Translations under genes and position numbers: made by a program | Assembly (NCBI GenBank): GCA_043228905.1 | Contig: JBHGNT010000086.1 | Coordinates: forward strand, 1-64,000 | Source: Azolla caroliniana | Taxonomy: Eukaryota; Plantae; Polypodiophyta | Direction: 5' to 3' | DNA length: 64,000 nucleotides | The notes under the pieces: generated by a model | The model's database searches: none | What the model saw: the letters and a program-made list of their open reading frames with translations, nothing else | What the model was told of the DNA's origin: nothing | Shown here: positions 39,256 through 52,010 of the stretch, piece by piece | Position numbering within the stretch: position 1 is the stretch's first letter | Layout of the letters: each line of letters starts with the position of its first letter

Positions 39256-40719
39256 ACGGCAAGGTTCAACTCACTCTCCTTGGTGATGAGCATTAGTTCT
39301 TCTTCACTTGCCGCGATCTTCATTGTTCCCTTCTGGTCCGGGCCTTGCCCCGAACCGTTTCGGTACTGTCGGTTCCCTTGTCCTTCTAGAAATGCCGACA
39401 GTTCTTTTGGAAGTGCCTCGGCTTGCCGCAATAGAAGCAAGTGGGCCTCCCCCTTGACTTTGACCGTGTCCCTAACTTTTCCCGGTTCTGGGGACTTCGA
39501 TTCTTTTGTCTTCCGCATTCCGATTCGGTAAGGAGGGCTTTGGCATCGAAGATCACCTCCTTGTCTTTCCGATGCGCCTCCTCATCTAGCAAGCTCGACT
39601 TGACTCTTGTTAAGGATAGTTGTTTTCCTTCCGGCCCGGCGTTGCCCAACGTGACAACTAACGTCTCCTAGCTATCCGGGAGGAAACTGAGCAGGAGTAG
39701 AGCAAGTACCTCATCGGCGAGAGGTACTTCCAACAAGGTTGCTTGGTGTATCAGCCCCTGGAAGGCATTCATGTGCTCCGCCATACTAGAGCCGTCTTGG
39801 TACCGGAGCCTCATTGGCGTTCGGAATACCGAAACCCGATTAACAACATTTTTGTTCTGAAACATAATGTCGATCTTCTCCCAGAGCTCATGAGCCTTGC
39901 TCTCTTCATTGAAGTTGTTGTACAAGCTCATGTCGATGAAGCACCGGATGTATGTCGTTGTCTTCATGTGCATCACCTCCCACACCGTGGCGTCGATCTT
40001 GTCCGGTCTCTTGTCCCCGAATTGAGTTACCGTCAACCAAAGATCTTTAACCACCAACATGTCCCTCATCGTCGACTTCCACACTGAGTAGTTGGAGCTG
40101 GTGAGCTTGAACATGCCGCCGTAAGATTCTTCCATTTTCTGTGTTGCTTGCTCTGATACCAATTTGATGAGAAACGCACAGAATATCGCTCGGCTATAAC
40201 CGAGTAGTAAGTCACTTCTATAAGAATCAAACACAGAAATGGGAAGTGGAGAGTACACAAGGAAGTGACACAGGATGTTTACGTGGAAAACCCTAATAGG
40301 GAAAAACCACGGGAACCCACAAACTCCGAACTATCACTATGAAGAGAAGGGGATACAATTTGAGACTCGGAGGCAACAACCTCGACCTCTGTTTCTTCGC
40401 ACAATGGCGGTTACAACAGAGTATTGGTATGTATCTCTCTCTCCCTCACTCTCTCTCTGTACAACAGTTACAGCAATATAACAGCAACACAATCACACTT
40501 CACACACTAAAGTGATTGCCCTAAGTCATATTTATAGTTATATGAACTTAGGGCTATTTACAAAGATAGCCTCAATGGGCTTGTTCAAGACATATTTACA
40601 AATCTGTCTTCTCTCCCGATTCTCACCAGGTCTCCTCCGGTTTCCGGATCTCTTCTGGTTCTCACCGGGTCCTCTTTATTCAACACCGGATCCCATCCGG
40701 AGAGACCGATTTCCCAACA
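39256..40719 (-). mobile_element. Copia-2: truncated relative of copia-1 (5' LTR 40165-40719, Met PBS 40150-40161, gag from 40135)
   Basis: Gag MEESYGGMFKL... closely parallels copia-1 MDESFGGMFKL...; contains a stop and frameshift; cut just before the protease. Confidence 0.92.
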
Positions 40720-40759
40720 AAAATGTTGGCATACATGAAATATGTACATTTAGGTTATC

Positions 40760-41520
40760 ACCCCCATGCTAAGTTCTAATTGTCTGCTTAAATAAATACT
40801 TAGGTGTAGAGTAGAGCCTGTCCACCTTATCAGAAATCTGTGCATAAAACATTTCTTTGTCCCATATGGCATGAAACTCCAATCGTTGTAGCTCTACCCG
40901 TTGCATATTACCTTTTACATTATCCAAGGAATCTCCAAGTTTATGCACAACCTCTCTCCAAATCCCAGAGATTATCTAGGTAGGTCTTTCAGTTACATTT
41001 TGGAATACCTTCAAACATCTTGCCTTCCAAATATACCAAATTGTGATACGACTTACCAATTGCCATATTTTAGGTATATCAGTCTCTATTTGTGGATTTA
41101 GAGCTATAATTGTTTTTCGCATCAAATAATGTCTCATAGGAAGAGCATATGCAACATCCTCGTCTTCATATATCATTGGTTCATCTTGTACCACAACCCA
41201 TAATACTAGCTCCCCATGTATAAATCACTTGAGGATAGATTGGTATCAACAATATTATGATTCTTCTCATATTTCCATCACAAAGTCACAACTCCACAAA
41301 CAATGCTTAGCAATCTCCAATAGATTCGCACACCATTGTCTGCATTCACCCCTTTTCTTCGACCATTAATTGGTATAGCTCTATGAACCAACAACCATCG
41401 AAAACAAACAAATTTCCTACTCATTTTTATGCCCCACAACCATTTCCAAAATTGCTTGAGATATTGTGGTGACAGTCCATATTATGTCTAGAAAACATTT
41501 GTATCCAGTTCCTTCCATGA
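40760..41520 (-). mobile_element. L1-type LINE 3' relic (zf-RVT region)
   Basis: Minus-strand peptides VCFRWLLVHRAIP, EIAKHCLWSC and IWYIWKARCLKVF. Confidence 0.7.
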
Positions 41521-44500
41521 TCTAGCACCTAAGTCATCTAGAGAAATTTACGCTTTTTGTATTTGATTTATTTTCATAAAATTTCCCTTTTTACTTTGTT
41601 TTAGATGTATTCTTGTTTATTATCTTTTTTACTTTTAAGTATGAATTATTTTTGTTTCTCTTTTTTAAATAAAACAAATACGACGATAATAGTAAAAGAT
41701 GAATAAAAGTAGTTAAATCATAAATAGATAGCTAAAACATAACACATTATATAGTTGTAGATATGTATCTATTTCTCTCAATCTCTGCATAGCTATGGAT
41801 AAACGGCTTTAACGCTTCTTTCACCTAGTCTATTCTGTCAAAACTTACTTTCTTTATAATGGAAACCAGCACTGGGGGAAACCATAAATAAAGAAAGGAA
41901 GAAAGTTAAATAAATTATAATACAACTACAGTAAATAATAGTAAAAGGGATAAACTCATTAAATAAATAGTAATAATTTTAATAGCAAATATAATTGAAA
42001 AAGCTAATGATATTAACAATAATAACAAAGTAAACAAACAACTACATACATGTATCTTACTTTATAAACAAATAATAACAGTAATAAAATATATGTATCA
42101 ATAAAAAACAAAAAAACTTAAGCAAATAAAATGATGAAATATGTAGTAATAATAGACTAAATAAATTTATATATTATTCCAGATTATAGGAAAAAGGAAA
42201 GTCTAGACATCACATATGATTCCTTAAACATATACACTTTTGTATGTAAATTATTGTTGAACGAAGGTTTCATTTGACAAGCGATATCTAGGGTTCTATT
42301 CAATGGAATTTTTGAATGCGCCTAGAATATTTGTCCTCAAAAGTTATTCTAAGAATTTGAAAGTTATTTTTATGCATGAAAATATGGTTTCAATCCAACA
42401 GATATTCTCTTTTCAATATAATATTTGTCCTCAAATACTTGTTGGTGCTTCATATCATATGATGAGACACTCGATTGAAGTGTGAAAGACTCCTCAAAAT
42501 ATGACATACAATAGCAAATTATTGGTGCATAAGAATGTAAAGAATAATGTCTTGTAAAATGTAAAATGTGAATTGTTTTGTCATGCATATAATAATTTCA
42601 TGGCTAGTTAATGGAAGTGTGGTTGTTAGGATGTGGGTGTCCAAGGTATTACAATTTGTGTATGGTATGTAGATAGATATTCAACCTTAAGTTTTATTGA
42701 CAAATTAATTTGTTTTTATATTCTAACTTCAATGGCTAACATTGCAATAATCAGATGCAAGATTATTACGTTCTTGTTAATTTGATTTGTAATTGATTGG
42801 ATACGTAGGTGGCCATGACTCCTTAATGATCATAATAAGAGAACCTTGTGAGCATATACTAAAGTACTAAATATCCTTAAATGGAGTAGATATTGTTTTG
42901 TATACATGTGGTTCACACCATGAATTGTATCTTCTTCAAAAACTTCTAACACATTTTAATAAATATGTGGTGAATACATTGAGATCGTGTACCTCTCTAC
43001 ACATTGATGATTGTATGGTCTCGGTTATGCCAAACAATTTTTATAGACACATGGTATATATCATGATATTATATTCTTTTATCATCCAAAATGATGGGAA
43101 GTACACTCCATGGACATCTTTATCACAGGGACCATGGTGACTGTTTAGCATATGATCTTATCAACTGAACACAACTGGTGATTGTTTGGCATTTGACCTT
43201 ATCAATTGAGAGTATATAAACTTTATAAGTTGGATCCATATTTATGAATATTGATATTTTTTTGACTTTATTTTATGGTTTGAGATTGATTGCAAAATTT
43301 TATATTTTGGAGGGCAGACGAGTGACTTTTGAACTTCAAGACAACGATTCATTTTGAAATGGGGCTAATTGAATTTCCCTATAGGGGCCAACATGCCTCT
43401 TATCTTGGAGTGTTACATTTCCATGGGTCACTACCAAGTCATGAGGAGTTGCCTTCCTCAGAGCGCATTAATCAAGGGATTGAGAGTTGCATCACTCCCC
43501 AATGGCAAAAACTATGACATTTACCCCTCCATTACATGTAACTATGGAAATCTCCAAGGCTTTGTAAATTAAACTTACAACAACACATCTTATTAGTACA
43601 CCAATGACAAACTATATTTGTCTTAATTTAAAAGTTAGTTACTAGACAAATATCTTCATCTTCAAATATTTGTCTAGAGCTAGAGCTTACACCCCTCCTT
43701 GGTTACGGCTCTCCAAATATTTGTCTCCTTGTAAATCATATCCGAATCTTCTTATCTAATTTCCACCACAAAGGCACTAAACTTAAGCTTCTATCTTAAG
43801 TATCCAACAGTTTGAGCCAAAAGACTCCTCAATACCACCATACATGCTTTATTTTTTTCCATTTCATGTCTTTAGTGCTAAATATTTTAATAGTTAATAA
43901 TTATGTGATTAAGAGATGTTGATTTAAGCTTTAACCCTTTCCTATGTATTTAGTTGTTAGGTTTAGGATTTGTTTGCTCATTCTAGGTGTTTGCATGTAG
44001 GCTTAATAGCAATTTGACACCCTTGCCTACTCCATATTTCCAACAATAGAGTAGAAGTTGTCTATACCCCACTGATACCAATGTTAGGTTAGTTTGAACT
44101 AATTGGAATGAAGTATAGCAAGAACTAAATCGTCCACATAACATGGCACCGTAAGTATGAAGCACTACATAATGCACGAACCTTTGTAATGTTTTGGCCA
44201 CAATCTTGAATGAAGCTCTTATGGGATGAATGTGTATGAAGACGTGGACCACCCACAATTCGGTATCAAGACCCAATAAAGCATCAATGCTTCATGGGAT
44301 TTTCCTTGACACACAATTCCAATCTAAGAGGAAGGAGTTGATGTTGCAATACAAGAGATAAGTTATGAGACCAAATATATATTGCATCGGTAGATCAAAG
44401 TTTCTTTCAAAAATTGTTTATGTGGTTGATATCAAAGTATAATTATGAAGAGACTTTGTAATGAATGCATTGCTAGGCCCACAATGTTGGTTTTGTGACA

Positions 44501-47149
44501 GACAAACCACTACACTACATATTGTGTATGTACATATATATAACAATGCCCAAACCTCCAGAAGCACTAAATGTTTCAATGTCTTGTATGATGTATAAGG
44601 GCAATGCTTTTAGTTTGCACTTAAGCATCCAATGTTTGTCGTATTATTTCTCTTATGAAGCACCTCTCATTTTCTTCTTTTCTCTTTCCAAACAAAATTC
44701 CAACCTTTTCCTCCATTGTAAAGTAAAATCCCTCATTTAAAATTTCCCATTTAGATATTATTTGTAGCTTTAGTATAACTCACCTTTCGCCTAACCTTTT
44801 CTCTCCACTCTTTTTCACTTTAAAATGAACAAAATGTCAAGACATCCGTCCAACTAGTTTATAACAAATTATTATTCTTATCGCACTCATACGTGAACAA
44901 TTTGCTTGTATTAGACTCAATTTTGTTGCACATACTGACATATTATCATCTTGCTTCAGAAATATGCTTTTCTTTTGCACTCTTCTCTAATGTGTACACA
45001 TGGACATGAGCGTTTATAAAGTGTAAGAATAATTGCAAACCAACTAACGTTAACTTCTATAATTAGAAGAGCATGATAACTGCCCCAATTTTTTAGCATG
45101 GGTGAATAAATAACATATGTAGTTTGAATCTCTCTCTCATACACACACACGCACACATCAAAACAATTTCCGGCCATGTTATCAATAAGTAAAATCAAAT
45201 AATTTTTACAATTATGCATATGTGTGTTGAATAAACGTTGGATATCATCAACATATCAAAGTCAACATATTGATCTCCTTAAAGAAAGACATGTGCTTGA
45301 AAAATCATAACTAACTAACAAAAGACCATGCTAACTAAGGTTTTCTATTTAAAGGTGATGCTTATACAACAATATTGTTTTGGCATTTACTTATTAGGAA
45401 AATTTGTAATATACATGAAGGTTTAGCCCTATTACCAACAATAGCACTATTGTTGGAATAGTTATTCAGTCATGTGAAAGATTTTACTGGAACCATTTAA
45501 TCTCCCAAAAGATAACATCTTTGATTTCCAAGATTAATGACAAGGACCCCATTAAGTGTCTTAGCATGCTATCCACCTTCGAAGTTCTAGTATGTCAATG
45601 CATCTAAACATGCACACAGTGACGGGGCCATTGTTAACTAGTAATCTTTTATAACTACTTCCAAGAGCAAGAAAGTGTCTACCATATTCCATTATGTCTC
45701 CTTTGTCTTGTGTTCACCATCAAATTCCAATTTGTTCTAATACAATCTTCATGTATTATTTGCTTTTCACATGTGTGCACCTTCAAGTTTTCAACTAGCA
45801 TGATGTCTTTCATGCTTTCAAACTTCAAAATGTCATCATAAAGTGATCGGTAGGGTGATTCCCCACTCAACACAAACATCTAATCTACAAATTGAAAAAA
45901 TGCCATTTACATACCTTTTAGGTTCCCTCTACTTATTCTCGTCCACATGTAACGTGAATATACACTTTTAGGCATTACTTTTACTATTTCTCACATATGT
46001 CGTCATAATACAATTGTTCCACTAAATCCTATTGTAGCATTTGCAATGTGTGGCTAAGGTCAATTTGCAAAAACTCTCATTTATAGCTTTGGAAATTTGG
46101 ACGCATATTGACTAAACCTAGCTAAATTTTGAGATTATGAACCCGACGTGAAGCACTGATGAGGGGGGCAGAGCAGTAAATTATTTATATGGAATAGAGG
46201 TGTGGCTCAAGATGATGAGGGTCTATTAAATGTGTTTGAGGAGTTTCATTTCGAAGATAATTGCGAAGTTCAAGATAAAGTCCAAGATGATGAGTGTGTG
46301 TTAAATGTTGAGTAACACACTGCCACTAGTCAATGTTGAGTCGATGTTGCTAATGTGACAACCCAATGCCTAGGGGTCCAATTAGTCGTCGTAGCAAAGT
46401 GCTTGGAAGACCTAGAAGAATGAACCAAGTCGCAAATCTATATGTTAAACGAGGCCTACACTATTGTATATGAAATCGTCATGTAATAGTTCATGTTGAA
46501 TTGCCTCATTGCCAGCAATGAGTACCCACCTCCTCAAACCAACTCACCCACTCACCAATGAGCATGTTCACACAATTATTGTGAAATTTTGCAAAAAGGC
46601 AACCACCTACATGGATGTTATGATTCAAGTAGGATCGCACATGAAGGTCATTGAAGCCACCAACATATAGATATTAAGTGTGGATGAAGAAAATTGCAAG
46701 GTCACAAGAAAAGTAGCGTACAACATGATATTAAGGGGGGATACAATGAGCTCTCCACTAGCATTATTGTCAAATTTCGCAAGCTAGTCGTGCTCTTGGA
46801 TAAGATTTGTGTAGAGCTTGTTTTCCAACTAGAACCAAAGTTGGATTTGAATAAAAAGCAAGACCACACTCAAACTCATATATTGTCTCAATCAAGTTGA
46901 GTCATGACCAATGCTACCAACCTTTACGTTGATGGCTAGCAACGTCACAGTCAAAAAAACATGTTGGCATATTGTGACCAAAACACTCAAAAGGTTGGTT
47001 TCCACTAAAGCATACAAAAAGTGGAGAGACAGTATTATCTTTGCTAGTTAGTTAGATTGTATCACAATTGTTGGTGACCTCTCTTATAAATCCAAGTTGT
47101 GGTCAACATGGATCACCGGGGAAGTTTATTCTTAAAACCATACTAGCTT

Positions 47150-47686
47150 GATTAGGATATGTCAATGAAAGAGCTTTCCCAACAATAGGGGGGCATATAT
47201 GTGAACAAAGCGGTTTGAGCTTAATCCTTGATGTCTAAATACTTTGATTCCTTCTCCTTAAACAGGTGTTCGAATAAGAGTGCAATATGTGATGTGTGAG
47301 TGCATGTGTGAGACATACGATGTGTGATTGCCACTTGGTGTACATGTCCTAACGTATGATTTATGAAAGCCATGTTTTATCTAACTCAGAACATTGTGTT
47401 TGATAATGGATAATGTATTATCCTAGTGGCTTATATCGATTGGTTCATATGTGAGCTTATGGGTTCAACACAACATATGACACTTGCAATACTATTTGAA
47501 TTTATTTTCATATCGTTAAACGAACCGAACCCATTACATATGACACTTGCAACACTATTTGAATTTCTTTTCATATCATGAAACTATTGCTTCACAAAAC
47601 ATGCATTTGAGATAAGCTTGAGGTGCTTTGTACTCACATTTGTCCTCCTATTGTTGGGAAAGCTCTTTCATTGGCATCTCCCAATC
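47150..47686. mobile_element. MITE/foldback-like element with about 85-bp imperfect terminal inverted repeats
   Basis: 47150-47233 is the inverse of 47603-47686 (core caatgaaagagctttcccaacaatagg exact); internal short tandem duplication; no TSD seen. Confidence 0.6.
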
Positions 47687-48090
47687 CACACATTCATCAC
47701 TCATCCAACAAATTGTTTGGGTGAGCTTGTCTTATAATGGTCATGGATGGTTGAGTGCGTTCTCCTCACACAAGCCATGAATCATTGTTGAGATGGGTGT
47801 GCCATGTGTGTATAGCTCCTTATTGTGTGGTGGGGAAACCCTTAGCGTTGGTCCTTTAGGAAGGTGTTAAGAATGATGGGCTCAACCATTATTGTGGCAA
47901 AGAGTACAACCATTAGGGGAAGTGAGGGGGAGGGATATAGTTTCTTCCATTTGGCTTGATTGGAGCTCAAGTAACGTCTCAATAGCATAAACTGCATATA
48001 ACTCCCATCACTTGAAATTTGGATCCAGTATGTCTACGAGGAATGTTATACAACCTATGTGGTAAATTTCTAATACCTTTTGCATTTGTG

Positions 48091-48337
48091 GTTATATACA
48101 TAGGGAGTTCCACCTTGCTTGCCCTCAATGCCTTCAACACCAACTATTTGGTGTGTTGGATTCCTCTTCATTTTTCTTGCTTCTTCTTTCCTCTCTCTTG
48201 CCTTTCTCGTCAAACTCTTCACTCTTCTTCCTCACTTTCTTGTCTCACTCATTCGTTGATTGTTGTCTCCCATCTATAACAATGACAAGATTCATGAACA
48301 AACTTTTTCCGCCATGTCGCTTTTCCACATTAATTTA
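48091..48337 (+). repeat. 247-bp direct repeat, copy 1
   Basis: Near-identical to 50430-50676. Confidence 0.92.
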
Positions 48338-50429
48338 CTGGCTATAGTCATCGATGAAGGTCACAAAGTATTGTCCACCTCGATGTGACGAAGCATCTAC
48401 ATAGCACACATCCGTATGTATTACTTCCAATGGCACTTCTCTTCTCCTTGGTGGTCTAGAGTGGAATGTTTCTTTGTTCTGCTTTCCGACGAAGCAATTG
48501 ATACACTTCTCCAGGTGCACTCCCTTTACTTCTGGTAGAAGCCTCTGGTCGGCCAATAGATGCAGTCCCTTCTCACTCATGTGGCCTAGCCTCTTATGCC
48601 ATATTTGTCCCACCGAGTCGGCTGCCACATTCACTTCCGACTTGCACAATCGGGCTTGCATCATATACAATGTGCCTTCCTTCTAAGCTCGGCCGACTAT
48701 AAGATTTCCTCAGCAAAACTTCCACTTGCCATTCCAAAAACTACCATTGTAGCCTTCGTCGTCCAATCTTCCAGTCGATATTGGATTCAATCTGATATCG
48801 GGAACATGTCGAACATCCTTCAGAGTTAGCCGACACCTTGTTGACGTCGTCAGGCAAACACTTCCGATTCCGACTACCTTGCACTCACCATTGTCACCCA
48901 TCTTTACATAACCATGATCACTGACTATGTAAGTCAAGAAATACGCTCTCGACGGAGTTATGTGGAAGGATGCACCAGAGTCGATCACCCAAGTGCATTC
49001 TTCGTTCGCAAGGTTTGCACTTGACTGTTCGCAAATGAACAACAATTCTTCATTGCTCGTAGTAATGGCTGAAGTGCCCTTTTCATCGAGAATCTTCGTA
49101 GGTTCGACACCATTACCGACACCTTTGTCCTTCCTCATGTGTCAGCAGTCCTTTTGGAAGTGTCCAAGTTTTCCACAATAGAAGCACACGAGCTTACCTT
49201 TGGACTTCAACCTGGCTTGAGAATTTTCTCTCCTTGGTGGACTTCTTTGCCGGTTCCTCCCTCTACCGATGTGTTGAGTCAAATTTAACTCTGACTGGAC
49301 TAGGACACCCTTGTCCTTCCTTCTCGCTTCCTCATTATGCTTGTCTTCACCGCTTGTAAAGGCAAGTTCTCTTCTTGACAAGAGGTGTTGAGAGTAACCA
49401 CCAGGTTCTCCCAGCGATCCGACAATGTGCACATCAACAAGATGGCATGCATGGCATCATCGAGGGGAAACTTGGTTGCAGCATGTTGATTTACATACCC
49501 CATGAATGTGTTGATGTGTTCGATGATGCTCTCATCGTCTCTGTATTTCAGTCGTACAATCTTTCTCATCAGTGAGGTTTTATTGAGGGCATTCTTCCTT
49601 TCATATAAACCTGACAGCTTCTACCACATCTCGTGAGCATTTGTGTCATTCGCCCCATGTTGATGGACACTTACATCGACACACTATCGGATGGTGGCCA
49701 CCGCCTTTCTGTTAAGAAGTTTCCATTCTGACTCTAATACCCCCGTGGGTATTTCTGCTCTGTCGATCGGCTCGTATAGGTATTTGACTATGAGAAGGTC
49801 CTCCATCTTTATCTTCTAGTTTGCATAGTTCTGAGAGTTTAGAACTATCATTCCCGGGAAGCCACTCACACCTCCTTCCATGCTTGCACCTCAAGCTCTG
49901 ATACCAGTTTGTAGAGAAATGAATCGTCAATCCACAAGGAATGCGTTGAAATACACAAAAGAAAGTGTACACATATTTTACGTGGAAACCCTAAAGCGGG
50001 AAAAAACCACAGAGAATAGAGCTTCACTATATAGTGGATATACAATGACGAGATTAGAGTACAACACTCTCTACACCGAATGTATCAACCGCGCAAGGCT
50101 CTTGCGTATGTTGTTATAGAACACAGCCATGGTGCCACTTGCACAGTCTCTCTTCACGTTCTCACTCTTCTCTATCATTGGCTACAATAGAGGATCACAC
50201 ACTATTCTCGCAACATGCACACAACTTGCCCTAAGTGTATTTATACTTATACCCTGTATGGGCTATTTACAAATGTAGTCACTGCTATTGTCATTCCTAT
50301 TATTATCTAATATTAATTATAGTCTCACTAATCAACTAATTGATCCAATCAGTCAGTTGCTCCCTATCTTCGATTGTCGGCTCTCTCTGAACAATTGGCT
50401 CCTCCCACTAGAGGGACATATTCCTAACA
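48338..50429 (-). mobile_element. Copia-3: truncated copia (5' LTR 49910-50429, Met PBS 49895-49906, gag-PR-partial INT)
   Basis: CFYCGKLGHFQKDC, WVIDSGASFH, IWHKRLGH; ends at FIDDYSQ; several stops. Confidence 0.92.
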
Positions 50430-50676
50430 GTTATATACATAGGGAGTTCCACCTTGTTTGCCCTCAATGCCTTCAACACCAACTATTTGGTGTGTTGGAT
50501 TCCTCTTCATTTTTCTTGCTTCTTCTTTCCTCTCTCTTGCCTTTCTCGTCAAACTCTTCACTCTTCTTCCTCACTTTCTTGTCTCACTCATTCGTTGATT
50601 GTTGTCTCCCATCTATAACAATGACAAGCTTCATGAACAAACTTTTTCCCCCATGTCTCTTTTCCACATTAATTTA
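50430..50676 (+). repeat. 247-bp direct repeat, copy 2
   Basis: Starts at the first base after the copia-3 LTR terminus. Confidence 0.92.
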
Positions 50677-51728
50677 TCGATGTATATTGTTCTTACTTAG
50701 TAACTGTTTATTTAAATGAGACAACTATATTTCTTAATTTGTATAACGATTAGATGTATGTTAATTTTAGATTACATTCATAGTCATGAAGGCCCAATGA
50801 GGGAGGTAAGAGTTTTAATATGTGTTGATGTATTATTTGGTCTTTGTAATTAGAGCTCATTGTTGTCTAGGTCCAATCTCTCTATTAACCCATTGTGAGG
50901 AAGTAGAGCTTGGTAGTAACACTTGGAAGTGCAACATTCAAAGATATGAGTTACGATGGACACTTCGAGGAAACTCAATATAGTTGTATTGATATTCATG
51001 ATGATAAGTTTTGGGGGGAATACAATAAGGTGTTAGATAAGTCAAAGTGATAATCATGAAGATTTTTGTGATGAATATGAATAAGGGTTTGTGATGATGA
51101 TGATGATGATGTGGTGTATATAATAATGGTAAAGTGAGTATATAAATTATGATGATGTAGAATATGGTAAAGTGATTTGGGATGTGTATAATGATGCTAT
51201 GGGTGAATATTATGTTGATGGCGTAAACATGTATAAAATCCATGTGAATGTAAATTATGAAATTGTAGGGGTTTAAATGTTGTGATTAAAGATGTTATTA
51301 ATCAATTTATTTGGGATATGTATAGTGAAGCTAAGGGTGGGTATGATGATAGTGTGAAGGTGCATGTGAATGGTGTGATTAAGGTTGAATTAGATGTTGA
51401 TGTTAATGATGGTGATGATGATGATGATGTGGTTAAGGGTAACCTATCAAGGCTATTGTGATGTTCATGGGTCTAAAGCCAAATAATTAGTGAAGTCAAA
51501 CTTGAGAAAACATCTTTCCAAATTATCTTTTGAATTCCAAGGTTTATTTGAAGCAAAATAATGGGATAAAGGATTGAAAGTTTGACTAATTAAGATCAAA
51601 CAAGACAATTACAATCACCAAGAATTCTTGATGGTAAGGTGTGATTTAGGAGTTGTTTTGACTGGGCAAAAATGCAGAGTGAGGAGGAGCATGTACAATG
51701 GCAGTTCTCAAAGGTTGAAGTGAAGTTG

Positions 51729-52010
51729 CCAAGGTCAAACTACATCCATTGTGCTTGTTTGCGACAAGATTAGTACATCATGGTTTCCTTGTATTAACAT
51801 GGGTTTGAAAAGGAGGTATTTGATAGTAGTGGTACACTCCAACTAACCAGCAAGGGGACACATTGTGGAATCTATCCAAGGTCAAACTACATCCATTATG
51901 TGTGTTTGTGATATGATTAGTACATCATGGTTTCCTTGTGTTAACATGGGTTTGTAGGGGAGGTCTTTGACAGTAGGGGTACACTCCAACTAACCAACAA
52001 GGAGACACAC
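51729..52010 (+). repeat. Tandem duplication, period about 147 bp
   Basis: ccaaggtcaaactacatccatt...ggtacactccaactaacc occurs twice. Confidence 0.8.
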
